This document shows positions 46,829 through 55,967 of a stretch of 64,000 nucleotides of DNA, piece by piece. The position numbers and the translations under genes were made by a program. The stretch's first letter is position 1. Every line of letters begins with the position of its first letter. Below the pieces are notes generated by a model that saw only the letters and a list, made by a program, of their open reading frames with translations, ran no database searches and had not been told where the DNA came from. Origin of the DNA: Anaerolineales bacterium (lineage in GTDB: Bacteria > Chloroflexota > Anaerolineae > Anaerolineales > UBA11579); contig JAGVCA010000016.1 of the NCBI GenBank assembly GCA_020059485.1, forward strand, positions 51,890-115,889, in the 5' to 3' direction.

Positions 46829-48532
46829 ATGACCGACCTCAAATGGTGGCAGACCGCCATCTTCTACCAGATCTACCCCCGCTCATTCGCCGATGGCAAC
46901 GGCGACGGGTCCGGCGATTTCCCCGGCATGATCGCCAAACTGGATTACCTGCAAGCCCTGGGCGTGAACGCCATCTGGCTCTCGCCACATTTCCCCTCCC
47001 CCAACTGGGACTGCGGCTACGACATCTCCGACTACTGCGGCGTCGCCCCGGAGTACGGTACCCTGGCCGACTTCCGCCGCTTCCTGGACGGGCTGCACCA
47101 GCGCGGCATGCGCCTGATCCTCGACCTGGTGCTCAACCACACCTCGGACGAGCATCCCTGGTTCCTGGAATCAAAGTCCAGCCGCGACAACCCCAAAGCG
47201 GACTGGTATGTGTGGGCCGACACACCGCCCAATAACTGGCAGTCGTGCTTCGACGGCGAGGCCTGGACCTACACCCCCGAGCGCGGCCAGTATTACTACC
47301 ACTACTTCATGCAGCAGCAGCCCGACCTCAACTGGCACAGCCCGGCGGTCAAGCAAGCCATGTGGGACGCGGCCCGCTTCTGGCTGGAGCTGGGCGTGGA
47401 CGGTTTCCGGCTGGACGCCATCGGCACGATCTACGAAGACCCCGACCTGACCCCGCACGATGCCCCGGTCAACCTGGCGGAACTGCGCCGCCTCTCTGAG
47501 ACCGCCAGCACACCTGCCGAGATCCAGCGCAAGGATAAATACTGGGAGGATCTGTTCCGCCACCAGATCGGCCAGCCCGGTTTGCATGCCCTGATGAAGG
47601 AACTGCGCGCCGTTGTGGACGAATACCCCGGCGACCGCATGTTGGTCGGAGAGGACGAGGATATCGCCTATCTGGGCGAGGGCGAGGACGAATTGAACAT
47701 CGTCTTCAACTTCCCGCTGATGCGCGCCGACCGGATCACACCCGACCACATCCGGCGCAACCAGCGCGAGCGCCTGGCTCTCCTCGACGAACTGCCAGTG
47801 CGCGGCTGGCCGTGCAACACGCTCGGCAACCATGACTCCTCCCGCATCAGCACCCGCTTCGGCGACCGGGAACACGAGGTCGAACTGGCCCGCCTGAACG
47901 CCGCCCTGGTGCTGACGCTGCGCGGCACGCCCTTTCTCTACAACGGCGAGGAAATCGGAATGACCGACCTGATCATCACCGAACCGGGCCAACTGCGGGA
48001 CACGATGGCGGTCTGGTACCACCAGCAGATGATCGCTGACCTGGGCGTGGACCCCGCCGAGGCTGCTCTGCGCGCCGGGGAAATGACCCGCGACAAGAAC
48101 CGCACCCCCTTCCAATGGGCGGACGCGCCAAACGGCGGTTTCTGCCCGCCCGGCGTGCAGCCATGGCTGCCGGTCAACCCGGATTTCTCCGCGGGCGTCA
48201 ACGCCGCCGATCAGGAGACCGACCCGGATTCCTTCCTGAATTACTACCGCCGCCTGATCGCCGTCCGCAAAGCCAGCCCGGCCCTGACCGGCGGCGAATA
48301 CCAGCCGCTGGACGAACACGCCAAGGACTATTTCGCCTTCCTGCGCACAACGGACGACCAGACCGTGCTGGTGGCCCTCAACTATGCCAGCAAACCCGTG
48401 CAGAACACCGCCCCCCTGCCAGGCAGCATCCTCCGCAAGTTGTTCTCCTCCCACCACAGGCCGGCAGACACCGCCGCCGGAGATCTAAGCCTGGCCCCGT
48501 TCGAGGTGTATATCGCCGAGGTGGGCCGCTGA
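46829..48532 (+). CDS. GH13 alpha-glucosidase / oligo-1,6-glucosidase family enzyme
   Basis: N-terminus WWQTAIFYQIYPRSFADGNGDGSGD. Conserved regions DLVLNHTSDEH, GFRLDAIG and GNHDSSR. Confidence 0.9.
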   Translation: MTDLKWWQTAIFYQIYPRSFADGNGDGSGDFPGMIAKLDYLQALGVNAIWLSPHFPSPNWDCGYDISDYCGVAPEYGTLADFRRFLDGLHQRGMRLILDLVLNHTSDEHPWFLESKSSRDNPKADWYVWADTPPNNWQSCFDGEAWTYTPERGQYYYHYFMQQQPDLNWHSPAVKQAMWDAARFWLELGVDGFRLDAIGTIYEDPDLTPHDAPVNLAELRRLSETASTPAEIQRKDKYWEDLFRHQIGQPGLHALMKELRAVVDEYPGDRMLVGEDEDIAYLGEGEDELNIVFNFPLMRADRITPDHIRRNQRERLALLDELPVRGWPCNTLGNHDSSRISTRFGDREHEVELARLNAALVLTLRGTPFLYNGEEIGMTDLIITEPGQLRDTMAVWYHQQMIADLGVDPAEAALRAGEMTRDKNRTPFQWADAPNGGFCPPGVQPWLPVNPDFSAGVNAADQETDPDSFLNYYRRLIAVRKASPALTGGEYQPLDEHAKDYFAFLRTTDDQTVLVALNYASKPVQNTAPLPGSILRKLFSSHHRPADTAAGDLSLAPFEVYIAEVGR

Positions 48533-48565
48533 TCGTGTGACAAATGGACCGGCATGCCCGTTCAG

Positions 48566-48590
48566 CCCTCGCCGCGTGCGGGGGTTTTTT
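48566..48590 (+). terminator. Intrinsic terminator after the GH13 gene
   Basis: CCCTCGC-cgcgt-GCGGGGG followed by T6. Confidence 0.7.
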
Positions 48591-48686
48591 GTTCTCCCCA
48601 ACCGTTTCGATCATCACTGTTTGGTCATGATACTGATTTGAACACCCCTGCCATTCTGGTTGATAATGAGCCAAAGTGAGGTAATC

Positions 48687-50294
48687 ATGACCAACCTGCA
48701 TTCACGCACGAGAGTGCTGTTTCTTGTTGGGGGTTTTTTAGGAGGTCTGGCGGCACCCGCCCTAGCCTGGCTGATCCTGACGCTGGAAGCGGGACGTTTC
48801 CTCCAATTTCCGGAATTGGTTGCCCAACTGAGGGATCAACCACTGCTGTGGGTCATCGCGGTCATCCCGCTCTTCATGGGCTTTGCCGGCTGGCTGATCG
48901 GCATCCAGACCAAACGTTACCAGGCCGTTTCGCGGCAGCTCACCGCCCACTTTGAAGAACAAGCCAAAAGCCTGGAGAACGAATACCAATTCTTCCAGGC
49001 TCTGATCACCAACGCGCCGTTTGCCGTCGTCCAGCTGGATGCCGACCACTGCATTGTTAATTTTAACCCGGCCTTTCAAGCGCTGTTTGGCTTTTCCGGG
49101 CAGGAAATTATCGGCCATCCCGTGGACGAGATCGTCGCCTCCGGCGATCTGTTTGACGAAGCGAGTACTATCAGCAGTCAAGTCACCTCGGGGAAAATCG
49201 TCCGGCAGGTCAGCCGCCGCAGGCGCAAGGACGGCGTCCTGCTGGATGTCGAGATCTTCGGCGTCCCGGTGATTGTCGGCGGCGAGAAGATCGGCGCGCT
49301 GGGGATGTATCTCGACATCAGCAGCCAGCTGGCCACCGAACGCGCCATCCAGGACAGCGAGGCCCGCTTCCGCAGCCTGTTCGACAATTCCCCCATCGCC
49401 CTGTGGGAAGAGGATTTCTCACAGGTCAAAGCACTTTTGGATCAGGTTGCCCAGGAAGGCGGCCTGATCGAATCCCTGCAGACCGATGACGCCCTGATCA
49501 GGCAGTGCATCGAGCGGGTGCAGGTACTGAACGTTAACCAGGCCACCCTCGACCTGTATCACGCCGCCTCAAAATCAGACTTGCTGACCGGGCTGGGAGA
49601 GATCCTGGCGGAGGAAGCGATTGGATCCTTCCGCAACGAAATGCTGGCCATGACCCAGGGCGACACCTTTTTCGAGACCGAGATCGCCCAGCGCAAACTG
49701 AACGGTGAGATCATCCACGGCCTGCTGCGCCTGTCGATCGCCCCCGGCTACGAAGAGACCTGGGAAAAGATCTTCATCTCGATCCTCGACATCACCGACC
49801 GCAAACAGGTCGAGGACGAGCTGCGCTATCTGAGCTTCCACGACTCGCTCAGCGGGCTGTATAACCGGGCCTACTTTGAGGAGGAACTCCACCGCCTGGA
49901 GCGCAGCCGGCAGTTCCCGGTCAGCGTGATCAACTGCGACCTGGACGGCCTGAAGCAGATCAACGACACCTTCGGCCATGCCGCCGGCGATACCGCCATC
50001 ACCGGCGCGGCCGAGATCCTGCGGCACGTATTCCGCGCCGAGGACGTGGTCGCCCGCATCGGCGGCGACGAGTTTGCCATCATCCTGCCGAATACCGATA
50101 TCGAGAACACCCCCAACATCATCCACCGCCTGGAAAGCGCCATCGCGGCCCACAATGCCACCCTGCCGGACGGGCAGGCCCGCCCACTCTCGCTCTCCTA
50201 CGGCTATGTGACCGTCCCGGTCGGGGAGTCGCTGATCGACGGACACAAGCTGGCCGATACGCGCATGTATGAGGCCAAGGCGAAGAAAAAGTGA
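48687..50294 (+). CDS. Membrane-anchored PAS-PAS-GGDEF diguanylate cyclase
   Basis: The ATG at 48687 follows GAGG. Two N-terminal TM helices and two PAS modules. RIGGDEF with I-site RAED. Confidence 0.88.
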   Translation: MTNLHSRTRVLFLVGGFLGGLAAPALAWLILTLEAGRFLQFPELVAQLRDQPLLWVIAVIPLFMGFAGWLIGIQTKRYQAVSRQLTAHFEEQAKSLENEYQFFQALITNAPFAVVQLDADHCIVNFNPAFQALFGFSGQEIIGHPVDEIVASGDLFDEASTISSQVTSGKIVRQVSRRRRKDGVLLDVEIFGVPVIVGGEKIGALGMYLDISSQLATERAIQDSEARFRSLFDNSPIALWEEDFSQVKALLDQVAQEGGLIESLQTDDALIRQCIERVQVLNVNQATLDLYHAASKSDLLTGLGEILAEEAIGSFRNEMLAMTQGDTFFETEIAQRKLNGEIIHGLLRLSIAPGYEETWEKIFISILDITDRKQVEDELRYLSFHDSLSGLYNRAYFEEELHRLERSRQFPVSVINCDLDGLKQINDTFGHAAGDTAITGAAEILRHVFRAEDVVARIGGDEFAIILPNTDIENTPNIIHRLESAIAAHNATLPDGQARPLSLSYGYVTVPVGESLIDGHKLADTRMYEAKAKKK

Positions 50295-50453
50295 TTGGGG
50301 ATGATTAAGGAAGGCGAAACCCAACAAAGGCGGAAACAACCTCATCAGCGCCATCACGGTCTGGACGTTTGGCCGATGGCCAAACTCCTGGATTGAACTG
50401 AAAGTTCGATCATCCTACGCCTGGATCAGGAGAAGGGTCGGGGATGAGGTCAG

Positions 50454-50996
50454 TTAACCCATTCTTTCTAATTCTATCTCTTCCTCAGCCCGAGGCAGCA
50501 GCGCCGCGATCTGAGCCTGGTCGAAGCGCGCCTCCTCGTACAGGAAGAGCTGCAGCGCTTCGGAGGTGAGATTATCGTTGCACTTCGCCATCAGTTTATC
50601 CACCAGTTCTCCCAGGCTGACCCAGGAGTCCGGATCGTACTTGCGGGCCTCAAGAATGTAAGGCTGGGACACCAGGTAATAGCGGATCATCCAGTATTCT
50701 TGCAGGTCCAGGACCAGCTGGCGGTCGATCGCCCGGCGCTTGAGCAGTGAAGTCATCGTGGCGTGGAAATCGAGGACTTCGGACAGTTCGTGATTGAATG
50801 CATCGCCATCGATCAGCTTTCGGGCGGCGCTCTGACGGGTGGCGATCATCTCAGGCGAGTAGAAGCGTTCTTCCAGCCGCAGGGCGGTCTCGGTCATCAG
50901 CGCCACCCGGGAGCGGCGCAGTTCGACCCACAGCCCAATGACGGCCAGCAGCGAGGCAATCCCGCTGATTAGGGCTGCCAGGGTGGCAAGGTCCAT
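50454..50996 (-). CDS. Hypothetical N-terminally anchored protein (180 aa)
   Basis: The ATG at 50996 lies 4 nt after the upstream stop, with AAGGAGGA inside the upstream gene end. One N-terminal TM helix. The longer 340-aa track ORF overlaps the upstream kinase gene out of frame. Confidence 0.6.
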   Translation of the reverse strand: MDLATLAALISGIASLLAVIGLWVELRRSRVALMTETALRLEERFYSPEMIATRQSAARKLIDGDAFNHELSEVLDFHATMTSLLKRRAIDRQLVLDLQEYWMIRYYLVSQPYILEARKYDPDSWVSLGELVDKLMAKCNDNLTSEALQLFLYEEARFDQAQIAALLPRAEEEIELERMG

Positions 50997-51000
50997 CGGC

Positions 51001-51579
51001 TTATCCTCCTTGATCCCGCAGACGGCGCAGTGCCTGGGGCGGGCCGGATTCCATCCGGGCGATGATCCAGGCGGCACATGCCTCCGGATCGAGCAGAGAG
51101 GTATCCACTTCCAGATCGTACACGCCGTGAGCATGCACGAGCGGAAATTGGGCTCGGGCTTGGCCGAGGGTGCGGTCTTTGCGGGATCGCTCCCTATCCT
51201 CCAGCACCTCCAGCGGGCAGCGCACGCCGACCAGGTAGGCCGGCAGGCCGTCCAGCGCTTCGGCCAGGTCCAGCACCCAGGCCGGCTCGACCAGAACATG
51301 GTCGGCCACCAGCGGGATACCCGCCCGGGAGAGGGCGGCCATCGCCTGGTGCATGCCGCACACCAGGGTGTGCCCGGTCTCCCCGGCCTCGACCGCCCGG
51401 CCGAGCACATCATCCCACAACGGCAGGTCGAGGTAGCGTCCGGGCAGCATCCACAGGAACTTGTCCAGCCCGGCATCCAGCCACGGGCCGGGCAGGATTT
51501 GCTGTAAAACCTTGAGCAGGGTGCTTTTGCCTGAACTGGATGTCCCGTTCAGGATCACGATCGGGGCGGGTGCGGTCAT
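51001..51579 (-). CDS. Chloramphenicol-phosphotransferase-like (CPT family) P-loop kinase
   Basis: 192 aa. N-terminus IVILNGTSSSGKSTL followed by LDAGLDKF. Confidence 0.75.
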   Translation of the reverse strand: MTAPAPIVILNGTSSSGKSTLLKVLQQILPGPWLDAGLDKFLWMLPGRYLDLPLWDDVLGRAVEAGETGHTLVCGMHQAMAALSRAGIPLVADHVLVEPAWVLDLAEALDGLPAYLVGVRCPLEVLEDRERSRKDRTLGQARAQFPLVHAHGVYDLEVDTSLLDPEACAAWIIARMESGPPQALRRLRDQGG

Positions 51580-51629
51580 GGGCGGTTTCCTCCTGAGGAG
51601 GGATTATACTACCGGAGGGGAGGCCGGTT

Positions 51630-51785
51630 GGGGGGAATTAACCCAATCCGCACTCCGCGGTGAATCATTTCACTCCTAGAGAAACGAAGTCCACCCTAAG
51701 GTGGACTGAAAGACCATCTCGTAACCTGCGAAGGCAGGTTGAACCAGCACGCTGGTTTCAATAGCCTGGGAATTAATTCCCCGGC
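51630..51785. other. Densely structured about 150-nt element in the divergent intergenic region upstream of the AOR gene (candidate riboswitch, sRNA or operator array)
   Basis: Four consecutive hairpins: GTGAA-tcat-TTCAC (51659-51672), AGTCCACC-ctaa-GGTGGACT (51688-51707), AACCTGC-gaag-GCAGGTT (51723-51740) and AACCAG-cacg-CTGGTT (51743-51758). They are enclosed by GGGGAATTAA (51632-51641) and TTAATTCCCC (51772-51781). There is a 14-bp palindrome GGGAATTAATTCCC at 51767-51780. Confidence 0.4.
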
Positions 51786-51860
51786 ACAAACCAATCACCC
51801 CCCCGATCCCATAGTATAATCTTTCACACACTCACCCACCCCCGCACAAGGATTATCCCG

Positions 51861-54026
51861 ATGACCGACCTGACCAAAACCCACCTCAACATCCTGGCCG
51901 AGTTCGACTACGACCTCCAGCCGGTCGACAAAGGCTACACCAACCGCTCGCTGTACGTCAACGTCTCCGACAACACCATCCAATCCAAACCCGTCACCCA
52001 GCACATGAAAGACATCTTCATCGGCGGGCGCGGCTTCGGCCTCAAACTCCTCTGGGACGCCGTCACCGGCGCCACTAAATGGGACGACCCCGAAAACGAG
52101 ATCGTCATCTCCTCCGGCCCGATTGGCGGCATCACCCAATACCCCGGCACCGGCAAATCGATCGTCGTCAGCCTCTCCCCCACCACCAACATCGTCGTCG
52201 ACAGCAACGTCGGCGGCTACTACGGCCCCTACCTCAAGTTCGCCGGCTGGGACGCCATCGAGCTGCAGGGCATCGCCGACCGTGAAGTGATCGTCTTTGT
52301 CGATGGCGAGCGCGGCAAGGTCCAGATCATCGAAGCCCCGATGGACACCGTCGACACCCACCTGCTGACCGAAGAACTGCTCGAGCTGTTCGCCGACCCG
52401 AAGAAACCTAATTTGGTCTCTTCCGTCACCGCCGGCACCGGCGCCGATCACACTCTGATCGGCTGCCTGAATGTCTCCTATTTCGACCTGCCCCGCCGGC
52501 TGATCAAGGTCAAACAGGCCGGGCGCGGCGGCACCGGCACGGTCTTCCGCCATAAAAACCTCAAAGCCCTCGTCGTCAGGATCCCCAAGATGTCCGGCAC
52601 GCTCAACAACGCCGACGACCAGTCCCTGCTCAACGAGACCGGCCGGCGCATGAACAAAGAGATGCACGAGAACGACCCGGTCCAGAACTCGATGGCTACC
52701 AAGGGCACCCCGGTGCTGGTCGAGATCATGGACAAGTTCGACCTCCTCCCGACCCATAACTTCAAGTTCGGCGCCCACCCCGACGCCCACAAGATCGCCA
52801 GCACCGTCTGGGAGAGCCTGTTCGATCTCTCCGCCCCGGATGGCTGCTGGTACGGCTGCACCATGGCCTGCGCCCACGGCGTCCAGGATCTGGAACTCCA
52901 GACCGGTCCCTACCAGGGCCAGCCGGTCTTCGTAGACGGCCCAGAATACGAGACCGTCGGCGGGGTTGGCTCCAACCTCGGCATCTTCGATCCGCTCCAG
53001 ATCCTCGAACTCAATTTCTACTGCGACACCTACGGCCTGGACGTCATCTCCTACGGCACCTTGACCGCCTTCCTGATGGAATGCTACGAAAAAGACATCC
53101 TGAACCTGGAACGCACCGGTGGGCTGGACCTCACCTGGGGCAAATTCGAGGCTGCCGCCGAACTGCTCCACCAGATGGGTTCCGGCACCGGTTTCGGCAA
53201 GATCGCCGGGCTGGGCATCCGCCGGATGAAGCAGTACTTCGCCGAGGAATTCGGCGCTGACCCGCAGCTGGTGCAGGATATCGGCATGGAAGCCAAGGGG
53301 ATGGAATACTCCGAATACATGACCAAGGAATCCCTCGCCATGCAGGGCGGCTACGGCCTGGCCAACAAGGGCGCTCAGCATGACGAGGCCTGGCTGATCT
53401 TCATGGACCAGGTGCTCAAGCTGATCCCGACCTTTGAGGACAAAGCCGAGGCCCTGCACTACTTCCCCATGTTCCGCACCTGGTTCGGCCTCAACGGGCT
53501 GTGTAAGCTGCCCTGGAATGACGTCGAGCCAACCGACAACCGCACCAAATACAAGGGCATCGAGGCCGCCAAGGTCCCCGAGCACGTCCAGAACTACGTC
53601 AACCTGTTCGTCGGCGTCACCGGGCGCATGGATGTGCAGCGCGGCGAGGACCTGATCGAGATGTCCGAAGCGGTCTACAACTTCCAACGAGTTTTCAACC
53701 TGCGGATGGGCTACGGCCGCCGCGAACATGATGCCATCCCCTACCGCTCGGCCGGCCCGGTCACAGTGGAGGAATACGAATCCCGCCAGGAACGCTACGA
53801 TACCCAGATGAAGGAACTGGTCGGGGTGGATCCGGAAGGCAAGACCACCGAAGATAAGGTGGCGATCATGCGCCAGTATCGCGAGGACCAGTATCAGCGC
53901 CTGTGCGATGCAGTCTATAAGCGGCGCGGCTGGACGCAGGACGGCATCCCCACCCTGGAGACGCTCAAACGCCTGCGGATCGACTTCCCCGAAGTAGTGG
54001 ACGTCGTCACAGCGGCGCAGAACTGA
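51861..54026 (+). CDS. Aldehyde:ferredoxin oxidoreductase family (tungstopterin) enzyme
   Basis: 721 aa with an AOR N-terminal domain pattern (GYTNRSLYVNVSDN...IGGRGFGLKLLWD). It is longer than my recollection of classical AORs. Confidence 0.85.
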   Translation: MTDLTKTHLNILAEFDYDLQPVDKGYTNRSLYVNVSDNTIQSKPVTQHMKDIFIGGRGFGLKLLWDAVTGATKWDDPENEIVISSGPIGGITQYPGTGKSIVVSLSPTTNIVVDSNVGGYYGPYLKFAGWDAIELQGIADREVIVFVDGERGKVQIIEAPMDTVDTHLLTEELLELFADPKKPNLVSSVTAGTGADHTLIGCLNVSYFDLPRRLIKVKQAGRGGTGTVFRHKNLKALVVRIPKMSGTLNNADDQSLLNETGRRMNKEMHENDPVQNSMATKGTPVLVEIMDKFDLLPTHNFKFGAHPDAHKIASTVWESLFDLSAPDGCWYGCTMACAHGVQDLELQTGPYQGQPVFVDGPEYETVGGVGSNLGIFDPLQILELNFYCDTYGLDVISYGTLTAFLMECYEKDILNLERTGGLDLTWGKFEAAAELLHQMGSGTGFGKIAGLGIRRMKQYFAEEFGADPQLVQDIGMEAKGMEYSEYMTKESLAMQGGYGLANKGAQHDEAWLIFMDQVLKLIPTFEDKAEALHYFPMFRTWFGLNGLCKLPWNDVEPTDNRTKYKGIEAAKVPEHVQNYVNLFVGVTGRMDVQRGEDLIEMSEAVYNFQRVFNLRMGYGRREHDAIPYRSAGPVTVEEYESRQERYDTQMKELVGVDPEGKTTEDKVAIMRQYREDQYQRLCDAVYKRRGWTQDGIPTLETLKRLRIDFPEVVDVVTAAQN

Positions 54027-54041
54027 GCCAACACACCAACC

Positions 54042-54070
54042 AAAAGCCCCGGGAATCCGGGGCTTTTTTT
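54042..54070. terminator. Bidirectional intrinsic terminator
   Basis: A4-GCCCCGG-gaat-CCGGGGC-T7, between convergent genes. Confidence 0.85.
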
Positions 54071-54073
54071 CTT

Positions 54074-55783
54074 CTAGTGCCGTTTCCTGCGTTTCTTCCA
54101 GGCCGCCCCCAGCGGCAGCAGTAAGATTCCCAATGGCAGGGATGGGCAGATCGTGAATCCTCCGGGTTGTGCTGCTGCATCGCCCTCCTCGGCACGCCCT
54201 TCCACTGCATCCGCCGCGGTTTCTGAGTTGGCATCCTCCTCAACCACCGGGGGCGTTTCTGTCATTTCCTGCCCGGATCCCTCGGCCGGGGCTGCTTCTT
54301 CCGGCATCTCCGGAAGGTGCGGCACTTCCAGTTCGAGGGGCAGGCGGGTCTCCAGGGTCGCCCGGCCGCCAGTCGCCCAATAGAACGGGGCCAACGAGGT
54401 CTCGTATTCGGAAACAGGCTGACGGCTGGTGAGCTGGTAGGAGATCAGCGAGAAGAAGGCATACGCGGCGTCATCATACGGCCGGTCCTGGGTGACGATG
54501 AAAGCCATGCTGAAGTCTTTCGGCGAGTCCACATGAGACGGCACCCGCGGTCCGCCTTCGGAGGCCATGATCTCCTCGATCGTCACCGTGCGGTAGGATG
54601 CTGGTTTGATCATCTCGGTGTTGGCGGTATCCGGGCTAGAGAGAATATGGATCGGCGGGACCTCCTCAGGCGGGATCAGTCCCATGACGTACAGTTCCAA
54701 CGGAGAATACGGCTCGGCCACATAGTTCGGGATCAGCCGCCAGATCTCATCACCGTTGTAGCCGAAATGCCCGACCGCCCCGGAATTATCAAAGTAGTAA
54801 TTCCCCAGCTGCCCCTCCATATCGGCGTTCGGATTCCAGTGCCCCTGGTTGACATCCCAGGTATATTGGTCGCCCAGCAGCCCGAGGTTCTGCCCGATGG
54901 CTGCGCCCCAGGTATGGGCGATCTCGTGGTCGAAGATCGCGATCGTGCCGAAAGACTGGTAAGTGACCGACTTTAATTTGCCGGCTGACCCAAAGGCAGC
55001 TGTATTATCGAAGATATCAATCCCGATATGCTGAACCTCATTTTTTACCAGTACGTTGTACGGCACATTCTCGGCAAGGTCCTGCGGCCGGAAGATGACC
55101 ATCCCGGGCATCAGGGCAGCGAAGTCAAACACATCCGGGAACACTGAGTACAACTTTTGGAAGGCAACAAAGTTGCTTGTGCCGCAGTACACCGTTGCCA
55201 CGGGGTAGTCATCGATCACCTCATGGGCAGTATCTTCGATAAAAAATGAGTAAGCCGTTGCAGTCAGGCCAGGCCCCAGCTCTACCACTTCAAAGGCGTC
55301 CTTATATTTGGGGTCCACCGTCCCCACCAGCAGCCCGTAATTGTTTCCCGTCGCGCGCCCATCTACCAGCTCGACTCGTAAAAATCCAAGCCAGTTTGCC
55401 CAACCGTGAAACATGAAATTGCTCACACGACAAGGGAGGACGACATCGCTCAGCGTGAAGATATTATCTCCAGCGATCTGGTCCCCGTGGGTACCATCGT
55501 CGAACAACTCACCTCGCCCTTCCTCCTCGCTGGTCCCCAGGTCGGTCATCCACACCCGGGCAACATCCTCACGCCCTACGATATGCACCTCAAGAGTTGT
55601 CGTGGATTGAGCATCCCCGCACCATACGACCGATGGAGTTGCCTGATACCAGGCATTCCGTTGAGGAAATTCCTCTTCCTGTGCAGCGACCGGAATAGCC
55701 AACCCGATACACGCCAGAAAAAAACACCCTGCCAGTATCCGTACCAACTTCAGAAATATATCCATCATCGCCCTCCAAGCCAT
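54074..55783 (-). CDS. Secreted HExxH zinc metalloprotease-like protein with a C-terminal sorting-type tail
   Basis: N-terminal signal peptide and FDHEIAHTWG. An acidic Pro/Glu/Ala linker is followed by PGGFTICPSLPLGILLLPLGAAWKKRRKRH at the extreme C-terminus. Confidence 0.6.
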   Translation of the reverse strand: MAWRAMMDIFLKLVRILAGCFFLACIGLAIPVAAQEEEFPQRNAWYQATPSVVWCGDAQSTTTLEVHIVGREDVARVWMTDLGTSEEEGRGELFDDGTHGDQIAGDNIFTLSDVVLPCRVSNFMFHGWANWLGFLRVELVDGRATGNNYGLLVGTVDPKYKDAFEVVELGPGLTATAYSFFIEDTAHEVIDDYPVATVYCGTSNFVAFQKLYSVFPDVFDFAALMPGMVIFRPQDLAENVPYNVLVKNEVQHIGIDIFDNTAAFGSAGKLKSVTYQSFGTIAIFDHEIAHTWGAAIGQNLGLLGDQYTWDVNQGHWNPNADMEGQLGNYYFDNSGAVGHFGYNGDEIWRLIPNYVAEPYSPLELYVMGLIPPEEVPPIHILSSPDTANTEMIKPASYRTVTIEEIMASEGGPRVPSHVDSPKDFSMAFIVTQDRPYDDAAYAFFSLISYQLTSRQPVSEYETSLAPFYWATGGRATLETRLPLELEVPHLPEMPEEAAPAEGSGQEMTETPPVVEEDANSETAADAVEGRAEEGDAAAQPGGFTICPSLPLGILLLPLGAAWKKRRKRH

Positions 55784-55967
55784 TTAATTCATTATTGATG
55801 ATTAAAATCCCACTGTCAATCCCTCATCACAGATTCCATGCAGGAAAAACCCAGATCAAGACAGCCATTCTTCATGGTTAACAAATCATCCCCTGGATTA
55901 ATCTTTGCCTAATCCTCATAGACTATACTGATAGAGATCAAACACTGCAGGATTCAAAGGACACGCC

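Noticed and set aside
50997-51476. N-terminal 160 codons of the 340-aa minus-strand ORF.
   Set aside because: They are out of frame with, and overlap, the CPT-like kinase gene. They have Cys/Arg/Trp-rich shadow composition. The real gene starts at 50996.
51688-51758. Three adjacent hairpins considered as a tRNA-like cloverleaf.
   Set aside because: The stems are 6-8 bp and the loops 4 nt. There is no T-loop GTTCRANYC, no D-loop and no acceptor stem of the right size.
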